From positions 1 through 64,000 of IMG/VR virus record IMGVR_UViG_3300023263_000002: a stretch of DNA of 64,000 bases. The stretch is one strand, 5' to 3'. The stretch comes from a virus (taxonomy: Duplodnaviria > Caudoviricetes). Positions 36,811 through 46,028 of this stretch are shown here, piece by piece (positions within the stretch are counted from its first letter, which is position 1; each line of letters starts with the position of its first letter). The notes below the pieces were generated by a model. It was not told the origin of the DNA, did no database searches, and was given only the letters and a program-made list of their open reading frames with translations. A program made the translations under genes and the position numbers.

Positions 36811-37284
36811 CTTCGGCTCCCACGGAAAGACAACCCAATCGTTTGATGGGATACAGACGCTGTAGAAATCAGGGAAGGACTGGCTAGTATGCCGAACATA
36901 AATCGATGCGAAGTAAGCAGCCGGAAATATCGAATCAAACGCTCGATGCGTCTTTCCGGAATCAACGATATCATCAACGAACAGAACGCTGCGGTTGTTG
37001 AAAATGTATCGGGTAGATGAATCAACAAGGAACGCGGGCTCTTGTATCTGGACGCCTTCGGAATACGAGCTAACCGCGATAGAGCGGACATCGCGGACGT
37101 TCAGAGCATTGGCTATAACAGCAGCCGGAACCAGCCCTCCGCGAGCGATAGCCACGATGCAATCGATATCAAGCGCAACGTCTTTAAGGCTTTTGAGCAG
37201 CACAGCGCACTGGAAGTCAAACTCAGTCCACGAGATGTTCAATAAATTCTTAACTTCTTCTGTCACTAGACCCTCCGTCAACAA
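36802..37284 (-). CDS. purine phosphoribosyltransferase (Gpt/Hpt-like)
   Basis: AIARGGLVPA, VLFVDDIVDSGKT PRPP-binding motif, WVVFPWE. Confidence 0.92.
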   Translation of the reverse strand: MLTEGLVTEEVKNLLNISWTEFDFQCAVLLKSLKDVALDIDCIVAIARGGLVPAAVIANALNVRDVRSIAVSSYSEGVQIQEPAFLVDSSTRYIFNNRSVLFVDDIVDSGKTHRAFDSIFPAAYFASIYVRHTSQSFPDFYSVCIPSNDWVVFPWEPKRT

Positions 37285-37727
37285 TCAATGAAACCATTCT
37301 TAACTGCAAGGCTAAATTCATCCACCGCAACCCGCCGAAGCGTTGCGGAGGTGTTCGTATATCGTGGAACCCTACGCATCGATCCCTCTTCGGCCGCTTG
37401 CGCGAGGTACTGAGCCATCATGCCGTTGATGGCGTGCGAGAATCGCGGCGCCGAATACGGACACGCTTTAAGCATCGCCTGTACTCGACGCAAGCTCAAC
37501 CGATCGGAGACATACTGCACCTGCTCAAGGTCGCTTTCGGGGACGGTGAAGTACGGATAGTCACCATCAGGATTGAGCACCACTGAGATGTGCTTCACTC
37601 CTGTAAGAGCAGTATCGTCTGCTGCGAGGCCGTAGTCGTATTTCATGCAGCGGTAGACAACCTGCCCAGCCTTGACACTAGGCTCGATAGTTGAATCCTT
37701 CAGCATGATGTATCGCGGCGGTTTCAT
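37278..37727 (-). CDS. hypothetical protein
   Basis: GGAGGAGG RBS; YDYGLA.DD...G..H.SV...GDYP.FT.P. Confidence 0.7.
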   Translation of the reverse strand: MKPPRYIMLKDSTIEPSVKAGQVVYRCMKYDYGLAADDTALTGVKHISVVLNPDGDYPYFTVPESDLEQVQYVSDRLSLRRVQAMLKACPYSAPRFSHAINGMMAQYLAQAAEEGSMRRVPRYTNTSATLRRVAVDEFSLAVKNGFIDC

Positions 37728-37744
37728 TGTTTCCTCCTCCTAAG

Positions 37745-37972
37745 TTATTCGTACTCCGCTCGTAATTCTGGAAGGTTGAGACCTGCAGGCTCGTTGCCCC
37801 ACTCGTGGTCCCAGTGCCATAGCTGACATACTAGGCACCAGCGCTGCCGCTCCCCTTTATCGAGACGCTCCTGCGCATCAGCGTGAGCAGTTAGGAAGTC
37901 GAAGTTATCTGGCGTGTGCCACTCACAACGCTCGACCTGGAACCTACTTTTTCGCATGATGTTGTCCCGCAA
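37745..37972 (-). CDS. hypothetical zinc-binding protein
   Basis: C..HTP...H.....QRWC..C. Confidence 0.55.
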   Translation of the reverse strand: MRDNIMRKSRFQVERCEWHTPDNFDFLTAHADAQERLDKGERQRWCLVCQLWHWDHEWGNEPAGLNLPELRAEYE

Positions 37973-38231
37973 GCTCGCGAAAGATTTTCCGAGCCTCTCG
38001 ATAGGTTTTCACTGATGTCAGGTGCGGAGCGCAATCAGGACGCAGACCAAGCCGTTTGTAGTGCGCAGTTTGAGTCTCGTTCGCCATGGTGTTCGCCCAG
38101 CTTGCATGATACAAGCGAAGTTGCCAGGCTCCACGATTTCGGAAGTATTTAGCGGAGGCAACAACGACATTGCCCTGCATGACAGTCATGCCGTGCCTGG
38201 CACCGAAATCATGGAGCACTGGGAACATCAT
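37944..38231 (-). CDS. hypothetical protein
   Basis: operon position. Confidence 0.55.
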   Translation of the reverse strand: MMFPVLHDFGARHGMTVMQGNVVVASAKYFRNRGAWQLRLYHASWANTMANETQTAHYKRLGLRPDCAPHLTSVKTYREARKIFRELAGQHHAKK

Positions 38232-38232
38232 C

Positions 38233-38463
38233 TTACGACCTTAAGTTCCATCGTGTGATTGCGACGTCTCTGGTTTGATTAGAAACCATCTTTCCTTCTT
38301 CATGCTTGGTCTCTACAGCAGAGCTTGTATGACCGCAGACCGAACATCTCACGAACGTCCGGTCAACTTCTTTCCCGTAGTGCGTATGAGTCGAGATCCT
38401 GTTGTTCTTGGCTTTGCACTCCGGACAATCTCGAATGAGTACCGTCATTGGCGTAAGTTCCAT
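38233..38463 (-). CDS. Lar-family restriction alleviation-like zinc protein
   Basis: CPEC...FVRC..CG.....AI.RWN.R. Confidence 0.6.
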   Translation of the reverse strand: MELTPMTVLIRDCPECKAKNNRISTHTHYGKEVDRTFVRCSVCGHTSSAVETKHEEGKMVSNQTRDVAITRWNLRS

Positions 38464-38678
38464 CTTGCTATGGCAGCCAAGGTAACTGACGTGCTCACCT
38501 TTTCGCCGTAATTGTGCGGTGTTTCAACTGCCGGACCTGATGCCTTACATTCGCCGCACTCAACGAATGTACGATCCGGGGTTGGGTAAGGACCGCGCGT
38601 ACCTTGTAAAGTGATTATCTTCAAGGTTGCGGTGGACGTGCATCCACAGAATGGACAGCTTGCTGCTACACTGGTCAT
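38445..38678 (-). CDS. Lar-family restriction alleviation-like zinc protein
   Basis: CPFCG...FVEC..C.A.GP...AI.RWN.R. Confidence 0.7.
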   Translation of the reverse strand: MTSVAASCPFCGCTSTATLKIITLQGTRGPYPTPDRTFVECGECKASGPAVETPHNYGEKVSTSVTLAAIARWNLRQ

Positions 38679-38921
38679 CTACTTCTTCTCCTCCTTCATA
38701 ATCATCATGAGGGTTACTTCCATCGCTGTACCTTCTTCGTCGACACCGTCATATTCAGTGCAGGTGCCGCGGATAGGTATCCCGTCAGAGCGAGCAGCGT
38801 CGAAAGCCTCCATGATGTGCATCATACAATCGTCCTCCGTCGGTACAGTCTTGTAGACAGGCAGCATAACACCTGTATTCGGAAACTGCACCAAGAAGAC
38901 GAGCAGCCAGACCTTTACCAT
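38679..38921 (-). CDS. hypothetical protein
   Basis: GGGAG RBS; first gene of the leftward arm. Confidence 0.55.
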   Translation of the reverse strand: MVKVWLLVFLVQFPNTGVMLPVYKTVPTEDDCMMHIMEAFDAARSDGIPIRGTCTEYDGVDEEGTAMEVTLMMIMKEEKK

Positions 38922-40055
38922 CGCATTCTCCCTTCCACCTCTGTTATCTTGGCATAATGGCAAGAGCCTACTAACGCAAGCCATAAATCCCAAGTATCCA
39001 ATAAAGCTGTATCTACTTGACCTTCTTCAACCTGAACGGAGTTGGTCAACCTCGAACCTCGATTGATTCTTCTTCGCGCGAGAAGTATGTCACCTTAACC
39101 TAGAATTTATCACCTAAGAAATATCGATCATTTAGGAATCTGTAGGGCTAGAGCCATAGCTTGCCCATCAGGACGAACAGCTATGGCACTCACATCATTT
39201 GAGGCTGTGAGGGAAGGTCTCAGATGAGACACGCCATGCAGCGAAGTAGAGAGGAGATGTATAGAAGGTCTTTTTGTAAGAATACTTCTACAACCCATTC
39301 AATCTACATACTGCGCTAGAAGTGTACAACCTGAGTCTAGTCAGGAATGGTGGGGTTACTCTATCACCTTTACGTACAGCTTGCTCAGAAGCAACGGAGA
39401 CTGATCCAGCTAAGGATCTGTAGAACGAGCTCTTCTAACAACAAGTTCTACGTCACGCAGGTTGTAAGTTACCAGAGCCTGCTCCAGGTGTGGTTCTTCT
39501 CGAGCTTTTTCCACACTCACTAGTTAGGATTTTTCCTAACGCTTGTCACGACGATGCCCTTCGTCATCTTTCCTTGTAAGCTCTCGCCTACGGTAGGGGA
39601 CATTAGGTCCTGGCTATGAGCTGCTCAGATTCGCGTGCATGTGCGGTTGCGATAAGTGCCAAGTGCGGCACGCATTGAGCCCGGGCAGCTCATATAACAT
39701 ACCGACCGCGTTCTAGGATTTTTTAGGTGGGGGTTTGAAAGCGCGAAGAATCGCGGTACGCAAGAGCTTCCAAGGCTGCGATGCTGCCCCAGACTCTGCG
39801 ATAGACCGGAACTATGGACGATCCCCTAGCGATACCGCTGAGCAGCGATGAGCGTCCAGAGTCGTGCCAGATTCGCGAGCGAGAAAGAAAGACTTCAAAC
39901 AAAGGAAAACCGGACCTTCATCAACGTAGGCGGGTGCTCGGGGGGCGTGAGCACTACGTATCTGAAGGTCCGGCGACGCGACGAGCCAGGTTGGGGTACT
40001 TGTGGCCCGTCGATCGGTATAAGTGCGTCTAGCCATTAGGTCAAGCGGCAAATTA

Positions 40056-40084
40056 TTGACCTATCCTAAAAAAAGGGTTATAGT
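40056..40084 (+). promoter_or_regulatory. sigma70-type promoter
   Basis: TTGACC-17 nt-TATAGT. Confidence 0.8.
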
Positions 40085-40117
40085 GCAAGGATGCGAGAAG
40101 TCAACGGAGAACCAACG

Positions 40118-40390
40118 ATGAGTCTAAACAGTACGCAGCTACAGGCAGAGCTGGATAAACTCCTGACCGTCCACGACATGTGCGACATGTTCAACATCAC
40201 AGCGATGACCTTGTACACTTGGCGGAAGGATCGCAAGCTGCCAACCGTCCAAATCAAGGGTGGTCCGCGTGAGAACATGCGAGCCTCGATTCGCTTCCAT
40301 CCCGACGACGTAGCGGCATGGGCGAAGACTCAGGGTCTCCAGGCGAAGGCGTTGCCGAATACTCAGCGGCGCGTGCGCTTGGCGGCATAA
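40118..40390 (+). CDS. excisionase/MerR-like HTH DNA-binding protein
   Basis: LLTVHDMCDMFNITAMTLYTWRK...LP.....IRF...DV..W. Confidence 0.85.
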   Translation: MSLNSTQLQAELDKLLTVHDMCDMFNITAMTLYTWRKDRKLPTVQIKGGPRENMRASIRFHPDDVAAWAKTQGLQAKALPNTQRRVRLAA

Positions 40391-40448
40391 CGCTCCTCCA
40401 GATCGGGGGGCGTTTCCATGAGACTCGTGGAACCAGACCTTAGACGCT

Positions 40449-40483
40449 AGAGACCCTCGGCTTACCACCGGGGGTCTCTTTTT
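40449..40483 (+). terminator. intrinsic terminator
   Basis: AGAGACCCTCGG..CCGGGGGTCTCT followed by TTTT. Confidence 0.8.
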
Positions 40484-40552
40484 GTGCTCTTGCGGAGCCA
40501 CGCTTTACCTACTATAAAGCACGTGCGCATTACGCGCGAAGGAGTACTGCAA

Positions 40553-40801
40553 ATGGATGCCATGATTATACAAGGCCTGATCTCCGACCTGTTCTTCAAT
40601 CACGAGAACGAGGAGTTCCGAGGCCTCTGCAAAATGCAGCCGGAGTATACAGCCGACCAGCTACGCGCAGCCATCCAAAAAGACTCGGAGACTTTCACCA
40701 AGCACTACTTCGATCTGTTCAAACAGATCCCTGGCGTACCGTGGAAGGACGAAACTGAGATGGCCGAGTGGCTTCACAAGGATTTCCGCCGCCGCCTCTG
40801 A
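40553..40801 (+). CDS. hypothetical protein
   Basis: AAGGAG RBS. Confidence 0.65.
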   Translation: MDAMIIQGLISDLFFNHENEEFRGLCKMQPEYTADQLRAAIQKDSETFTKHYFDLFKQIPGVPWKDETEMAEWLHKDFRRRL

Positions 40802-40861
40802 TCGCATACCGGAGGGGAGTGATCCCCTCCTCCCTACAAACCAAATCACAGGAATTGAACA

Positions 40862-41134
40862 ATGGTTGATACAGTCTACATCACGACGTATTCCATGGCC
40901 GCAGCATCGCCCATTGACGACGTATTCGCCTCACTTGAAGGAGCTAAAAGATCCCTCAGAAAACGGGCCAACCATCTTCTCGAAAAAGATGGTCGGGCGA
41001 AAGAGAAGTTAGCCATTTCCTTTACGTTCGACATATCACTCAACCTTTGGTCGGTATTCACCGCACTCGAAGAAGGGTCAAACGAAGCCAAGCTGTTCGC
41101 GCACATCCACGTGAAACAGGTCCGCTTCGAATAA
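40862..41134 (+). CDS. hypothetical protein
   Basis: ACAGGA RBS. Confidence 0.6.
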   Translation: MVDTVYITTYSMAAASPIDDVFASLEGAKRSLRKRANHLLEKDGRAKEKLAISFTFDISLNLWSVFTALEEGSNEAKLFAHIHVKQVRFE

Positions 41135-41151
41135 ACATGTGGGAGGGTCCG

Positions 41152-41385
41152 ATGTACAGAATGTCCTGGATCAAATACTGCAACACGAGAACGCTTCGAT
41201 ACTCGCACAAGGAGGTCTGCGCGAAGCTAGGTGCGGCTGGGTTCCTGGTTAAAATCGACCCTCCCGCAACTATGATAGCCTACATCGAGATCGAGACAGC
41301 TGAGCAACGCAAGCGTGCTACTGAGGTCCTCAATCTAATCTCGAGGAATTTCCCCCACCTCTTTGAGAAAGTACAACAGTCATGA
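41152..41385 (+). CDS. hypothetical protein
   Basis: GGAGG RBS. Confidence 0.55.
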   Translation: MYRMSWIKYCNTRTLRYSHKEVCAKLGAAGFLVKIDPPATMIAYIEIETAEQRKRATEVLNLISRNFPHLFEKVQQS

Positions 41386-41690
41386 CAAGCTATATCGAAT
41401 ATCAACTACCCTGCCCGCATTGCGATAAACATTTGCGGTTGACACTTCACCATCCGGAACTGCGTCCGATGACGATGCAAATGTTTTCTGCAGGTGGTGG
41501 TGGTGGCGGTGGGTTCTCGGGCGCGAGCGGAAGTGGTGGACCCGGCGAAGGCTTCACCATTTTAGCCGAAGGCGGAGGTGGGGTCGGTGGAGGCGGAGGT
41601 GGTGGAGGAGGTACTAGCTTCCCCAAGAACATTCGCTATCCGCTTACCATTCCGAAGAATGTCCGCTGGTGGCACTTCTGGAGAAAATAA
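41382..41690 (+). CDS. glycine-rich protein with CPHC motif
   Basis: ATGA overlap with upstream gene; poly-Gly tracts. Confidence 0.5.
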   Translation: MTSYIEYQLPCPHCDKHLRLTLHHPELRPMTMQMFSAGGGGGGGFSGASGSGGPGEGFTILAEGGGGVGGGGGGGGGTSFPKNIRYPLTIPKNVRWWHFWRK

Positions 41691-41714
41691 TTTTCCGTGA
41701 TATAAAGTTTCTGC

Positions 41715-41756
41715 TTGCGGCTAGTGGCACTTTACCTTACACATAAATCACAGGCA
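41715..41756 (+). promoter_or_regulatory. early promoter, conserved family copy
   Basis: TTGCGG...TTTACCTTACACATAAATCACAGGCA. Confidence 0.7.
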
Positions 41757-41775
41757 AGCAGAAACACAACGGAGA

Positions 41776-42012
41776 ATGAAAATGTTCATCGAAGACACCA
41801 AAAACCTGACCGAGTATCAGCCGCATCATTTCTGCACTGAAGCATCCACCCTAGGTCTGCGCCCCGGCCAATGGCCCGAGAAGATCGAAACCAAGATCGG
41901 CAACGGTCAGCCCTTCTACATCATTTCGAAGAAGAGCACGGACGGCGATATCGAGTACGCCACTTACCGCCAAGACTGCGGTTGCGTTGTCCTCCGCGTC
42001 TTCAACGACTAA
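41776..42012 (+). CDS. hypothetical early protein
   Basis: GGAG RBS; EAS.LGL.PG.WP...GNG.PF...VFND. Confidence 0.7.
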   Translation: MKMFIEDTKNLTEYQPHHFCTEASTLGLRPGQWPEKIETKIGNGQPFYIISKKSTDGDIEYATYRQDCGCVVLRVFND

Positions 42013-42035
42013 ACCCCGAGCCACAGGAGAAGAAA

Positions 42036-42524
42036 ATGACCACCGCCGCTATGCAGCTTGAATTGACCCAAGTTCACATCCGCGCCATCATCTTCGACAT
42101 CGACGACTCCGAAGATGGATATGGTGGAGCTATCGTCCGAGACATCTACGAAGTCGACAACACAGAGAACGGCAAGAAGTGTCTTCGCTCGATTGTCACA
42201 ACCCACTGCCCCGACGTCATGCATGTACGTCTTCCGAAAGCCACGATTGGAACCGTCCAAGTCGGGAACAGTAACTGTATTCCGGCTCGCACGCGTTCGA
42301 TGCTGTGGAAGAAAGCCTGGGCTAACATCTACGACAGCACCGTTCCTATCGTTGCCGAAGAAGAATTCGTCGAGCCGGAGATCACCAAAGAGCAGCTTCT
42401 CGCCAACGCGTTGTTCGACGTCCTCGACAGCCTTGGAGCCCTCGGCAACCCCGATGAGCTGTGCGGGCATGGATTTTCGTCCGAGCGGGCCAAGGAAATC
42501 GTCCGGCTCGTCCACAAGGGGTAA
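42036..42524 (+). CDS. hypothetical early protein
   Basis: ACAGGAG RBS. Confidence 0.65.
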   Translation: MTTAAMQLELTQVHIRAIIFDIDDSEDGYGGAIVRDIYEVDNTENGKKCLRSIVTTHCPDVMHVRLPKATIGTVQVGNSNCIPARTRSMLWKKAWANIYDSTVPIVAEEEFVEPEITKEQLLANALFDVLDSLGALGNPDELCGHGFSSERAKEIVRLVHKG

Positions 42525-42548
42525 TTTGCCTGACGGTAAGGTTTCCGC

Positions 42549-42590
42549 TTGCAGTAGCGGGAGCTTTACCTTACACATAATTCATAGGCA
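42549..42590 (+). promoter_or_regulatory. early promoter, conserved family copy
   Basis: TTGCAG...TTTACCTTACACATAATTCATAGGCA. Confidence 0.7.
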
Positions 42591-42612
42591 ATGCAGACCA
42601 CAGGAGAACGAA

Positions 42613-42867
42613 ATGCACTACATTCACCCAGACGATGAATCCGGCGGACTGGCCACCGATGTTGAATCCTGCCGCGAATACGCTCGCAACGTTGGCATGG
42701 AAAATCAGGACGTCGCTTGGATCAACACGCCGCAGGATACTTGGGAGCGCAATCCCTTCTATCAGGGCCCAGCAGTTCGTCATCCCGAAGACGACGATTA
42801 CGACGAGGAGGTGTACGGTCCGTTCCTTCCGCGCACGTCTTACGCCGACGACGAAATTCCTTATTAG
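42613..42867 (+). CDS. hypothetical acidic early protein
   Basis: ACAGGAG RBS; WI....DTW..NPFY.GP...HPE. Confidence 0.7.
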   Translation: MHYIHPDDESGGLATDVESCREYARNVGMENQDVAWINTPQDTWERNPFYQGPAVRHPEDDDYDEEVYGPFLPRTSYADDEIPY

Positions 42868-42877
42868 GAGGCAGCAA

Positions 42878-43195
42878 ATGTCACGGGGGCACAAGATGTC
42901 GAACGATTCAGAATTCAGTCGCAGCTACTTGGCCCTCGTGCACAAGGATGTGAAACGGATCCCGAACGGGCCCAAGAACGTCTGGTCAGCAGCCTGGACT
43001 TACAAGTTTGGGCGGGACTGTTATGAATTCCACGGTCCAGATCAATTCTACTGCACCGTGTCAGCGACCAACGGTTACGAGGCTCGGGCTAAGGGCTGGG
43101 ATTCATACATTCGGCAGAGGCATCCGACGCTTCACGCACAGCTTGAGGCCGAATCCGAGAAAGTATTTGAAACTCTTGGTAAGGAGGGGCTGTGA
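42878..43195 (+). CDS. hypothetical protein
   Basis: AGGAGG RBS. Confidence 0.65.
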   Translation: MSRGHKMSNDSEFSRSYLALVHKDVKRIPNGPKNVWSAAWTYKFGRDCYEFHGPDQFYCTVSATNGYEARAKGWDSYIRQRHPTLHAQLEAESEKVFETLGKEGL

Positions 43196-43334
43196 AATAC
43201 AAACGCATCTATGAGCTACTGAAAGCGAATGGACATTCAGCAGCAGTAGCAGCAGTAATCATTCGCGCAGCTAGGCGGAAAGATCTCTTTTCGCTTAACT
43301 GGATTAAAACCTTTTTCAAAGGGAGGCACTCGAA

Positions 43335-43526
43335 GTGACACAACTGCATACCCGCGTGACGATAATCGGGCGGACGACAGGAGGCTCTTCCCGTAGCGTC
43401 AACTTCGGCATCAAGTACCAGCCGGATCGCGGCCTTGCTCGCCAGGACCCAAAGGTGAGTGCGGCGGTAATCGAGCTACAGAAGTTCTATCCTCTCATCT
43501 CAGTAACCTTCAACGACACCAATTAG
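43335..43526 (+). CDS. hypothetical protein
   Basis: GGAGG RBS. Confidence 0.55.
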   Translation: MTQLHTRVTIIGRTTGGSSRSVNFGIKYQPDRGLARQDPKVSAAVIELQKFYPLISVTFNDTN

Positions 43527-43643
43527 AGGCAGCAGCAAGAATGATCCGTAGACTCATCCCCTTCATCGCAGCGCTGATGGCAGCTATTGCTATCGGCATC
43601 ATCAACCCAAGCGTTCCGACAACGCCACAGCAGGAGGCTAGCA

Positions 43644-43829
43644 ATGGGAAGAAAGCGGAAAACGGAAGTGGGCAGCAAAGGCCCGGTCAATCGGGCCACG
43701 CACATCAAGCTCGCTGAAGAAGCGGAAGCCAGAGCAGCGAAGGAGAGCAATCGCGAGAAGCGTGAGTCGCTTGAAAACCTTGCGAAGCAACATCGCAACA
43801 TTGCAAACACTGGGAAACCCGATGACTGA
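43644..43829 (+). CDS. hypothetical basic protein
   Basis: AGGAGG RBS. Confidence 0.5.
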   Translation: MGRKRKTEVGSKGPVNRATHIKLAEEAEARAAKESNREKRESLENLAKQHRNIANTGKPDD

Positions 43830-44121
43830 GGAGACACTCGAGGACGGCGCCATCGCCGTCCTGCTACCCGCTAGAGAGATTCCACTGGGTTCGGAGGTGA
43901 CTAGACGCACAGGAGAGAAGCGTGTCACCATCATCGATAAGATTCGGATCTTTGATGAGAGCGGCACTGCTCGGGAGATCAAGGCTGAAGGCGACACACG
44001 ATTCCTCTCTAGCTCGCGCGGGGACTTCAACGTAGTGCCAGGCGGAGTACTACTGCTGTGGCGGACTACTGGCCATGAGCTACTCGACTTCCTCCGCGAT
44101 CTGCACGAAGGGACGGATTGA
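43822..44121 (+). CDS. hypothetical protein
   Basis: overlap-coupled ORF. Confidence 0.55.
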   Translation: MTEETLEDGAIAVLLPAREIPLGSEVTRRTGEKRVTIIDKIRIFDESGTAREIKAEGDTRFLSSSRGDFNVVPGGVLLLWRTTGHELLDFLRDLHEGTD

Positions 44122-44330
44122 TGTCGCAGCCAATCAGAGTCTGGGAATACGAGGGCGCTCCGAAAGACTTGCGCGAGCTGACAGCACTCAAAGGCAACTG
44201 GATAGCTGAGATCCCTCCTACCTGGGTTGATAAACTGCCCGCGTGGCTGTCCGTGCTTGGACGAAACATAGTCATGCGTCAGCATCCGAACAAGCCGAGT
44301 TGGCGGGTTCGCATCTGGTCGGATAGTTAA
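44118..44330 (+). CDS. hypothetical protein
   Basis: overlap-coupled ORF. Confidence 0.55.
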   Translation: MMSQPIRVWEYEGAPKDLRELTALKGNWIAEIPPTWVDKLPAWLSVLGRNIVMRQHPNKPSWRVRIWSDS

Positions 44331-44338
44331 AACTACAA

Positions 44339-44380
44339 TTGCGCTCACGCGGACTTTATCCTATATAAAATGAGTAGCCT
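44339..44380 (+). promoter_or_regulatory. early promoter, conserved family copy
   Basis: TTGCGC...TTTATCCTATATAAAATGAGTAGCC. Confidence 0.6.
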
Positions 44381-44399
44381 ACAACACAGGGATAACCAA

Positions 44400-44582
44400 A
44401 TGCGCACCTACACCATCAGCATAAGTGAGCAGCAACGCGCTCATATCGTCGACGCTCTTCGCAAAGCCAACATCCAAGTCGATCTGGAAAACGACGAGCT
44501 GTCTAGCCTCATTCAAATGCTTACTAATATGCCGCAAATCGAAGAGGACAACCCCGGAATTCTACACGGGCTCTGCCTCTAA
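44400..44582 (+). CDS. hypothetical early protein
   Basis: ACAGGG RBS after promoter. Confidence 0.6.
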   Translation: MRTYTISISEQQRAHIVDALRKANIQVDLENDELSSLIQMLTNMPQIEEDNPGILHGLCL

Positions 44583-44624
44583 CAACTGGGGGCTTCGGCC
44601 CCCGCCCTTCTCAGGAGCACGAAC

Positions 44625-44999
44625 ATGGGATACGCAGACGAAGGTTCCGAACACGCCAAGCTCGTTCTTGAAAACCTCGACAGGGACATCGCTAGGTGGC
44701 ATCGATCCAACACAGTCCATGCCAGGTTCAACTTTTTCTACATCTGCGCAGCCCTGGCCATCTTGTTCAGCCTCTACATGCTCATGGGCGAACTCGGCTA
44801 CCGGGAAGGATACACAGGGCCGCAGTGGGCTGCGCGCCGGAACCGTAACAGCAACTACTACGACGACCGCTACGAAGAGGGCGGGATGTATAGACGACCC
44901 AGCAGAAACTACTATTACGAAAGGGACGAGCGTGGCAGATACTACTCCGATCAACCCGTATACTCAAGTGACCGTCAAAGGGAAAGAAGGTGGCGCTAA
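44625..44999 (+). CDS. single-pass membrane protein with Arg/Tyr-rich tail
   Basis: AGGAG RBS; one hydrophobic helix. Confidence 0.6.
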   Translation: MGYADEGSEHAKLVLENLDRDIARWHRSNTVHARFNFFYICAALAILFSLYMLMGELGYREGYTGPQWAARRNRNSNYYDDRYEEGGMYRRPSRNYYYERDERGRYYSDQPVYSSDRQRERRWR

Positions 45000-45147
45000 G
45001 GTCTGGGCTGTAATAATTCCTTTCAACATTCCTTGGACGCCCAATCGATCTGAGGCCCGGAAACATCCCGATGTCGTGTGTCGTGTAGAGGCCGTCGGGA
45101 AGCGATACCCGGTTGTAGATGTAGTTTTTCGAGACATGGATGTCTGA
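44932..45147 (+). CDS. hypothetical protein
   Basis: GTG-start ORF coupled to the next gene. Confidence 0.4.
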   Translation: MADTTPINPYTQVTVKGKEGGAKVWAVIIPFNIPWTPNRSEARKHPDVVCRVEAVGKRYPVVDVVFRDMDV

Positions 45148-45389
45148 TGGCTCTAGTAATCTGCAAGAACTGCGCGGGGGTCGGGGGTTTCCTCGTCCCC
45201 AACAAGAATAACCTAACCACAGGCAAGGGCTGGGTGACGTGCCAGGTATGTAAAGGCTCGTGCCATGTGGAGGTTGATAACAGGTGCACCAAGTGCAGCG
45301 GCACAGGGAGGATGCTAAAATACAGTAGGCTTACGCAAGCTGATCAGTATGTCGATTGCGACGGTTGTAATGGCAAAGGCACAATTTAA
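45147..45389 (+). CDS. DnaJ-type zinc-finger protein
   Basis: four CxxCxGxG-type repeats. Confidence 0.75.
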   Translation: MALVICKNCAGVGGFLVPNKNNLTTGKGWVTCQVCKGSCHVEVDNRCTKCSGTGRMLKYSRLTQADQYVDCDGCNGKGTI

Positions 45390-45420
45390 CAACAGAGTGT
45401 AAGAGTGAGAGGGGAATACA

Positions 45421-45765
45421 ATGTCAGCCGCACGGGACGCCTTGGTTTTAACAGTAAAAGATTTCATTCGTGATCTTAATCGGAGCAAGTGGATCTGCCA
45501 CCACGCATACAAGGTCTACGTTCGCAGGGACATCGAGAAGACCAGGTTCTGGATTGCCAGTGTCGAGGTCTACAAATCCGGGCAGGGTACATTCAAGAAT
45601 GTGATCCTCCCGGCTTGTGAGAAAGCTGCAAAGGAGGCCGGGTTTAAACAAATCACTGTCGAGAACGTTGGCAGCCCGCGCTTCGCCGAATTCTTCCGCA
45701 AGCTGGGCTGGACGGAAGTCGCGTACGGAGGAACTCCAACCTTCTACAAATCGTTACAGGAGTAG
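45421..45765 (+). CDS. GNAT-like acetyltransferase
   Basis: IASVEV..SGQG.F ... ENV......FF.KLGW. Confidence 0.6.
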   Translation: MSAARDALVLTVKDFIRDLNRSKWICHHAYKVYVRRDIEKTRFWIASVEVYKSGQGTFKNVILPACEKAAKEAGFKQITVENVGSPRFAEFFRKLGWTEVAYGGTPTFYKSLQE

Positions 45766-45767
45766 GG

Positions 45768-46028
45768 ATGAGCGAGGACGAAGAAAACGCGTATCGAGTT
45801 GCTGCTATCGATGCGTTGATATCAGCCACAAAATCAACTCAGGGGCATGAGGTCCCTGACACAAAGGTGCCCAGCGTCAAGACCTTGGACAGCTTGCGGC
45901 ACCGTGTCGCTGCCTTCCTTCGGGAGATGCCCGAGCTTATGACTGTCGAGGAGATCTTGGAGGCCTTAGAGCGGCCCGTGGATAAGGCGGAGCTCCACAG
46001 TGGCAGCACCGTGGCTGTAAAACCTTAA
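45768..46028 (+). CDS. hypothetical protein
   Basis: AGGAG RBS. Confidence 0.55.
   Translation: MSEDEENAYRVAAIDALISATKSTQGHEVPDTKVPSVKTLDSLRHRVAAFLREMPELMTVEEILEALERPVDKAELHSGSTVAVKP

Noticed and set aside
34764-36887. Plus-strand ORFs with 6-aa periodicity (also 33130-33315) as a repeat protein
   Set aside because: An artefact of the 18-nt period: frames break at 17/19-nt steps and stops, there is no RBS, and they are antisense to all neighbours
40118-40390. Excisionase as evidence of a temperate lifestyle
   Set aside because: No integrase, repressor or att site is visible in the window; the HTH may be a regulator or packaging factor
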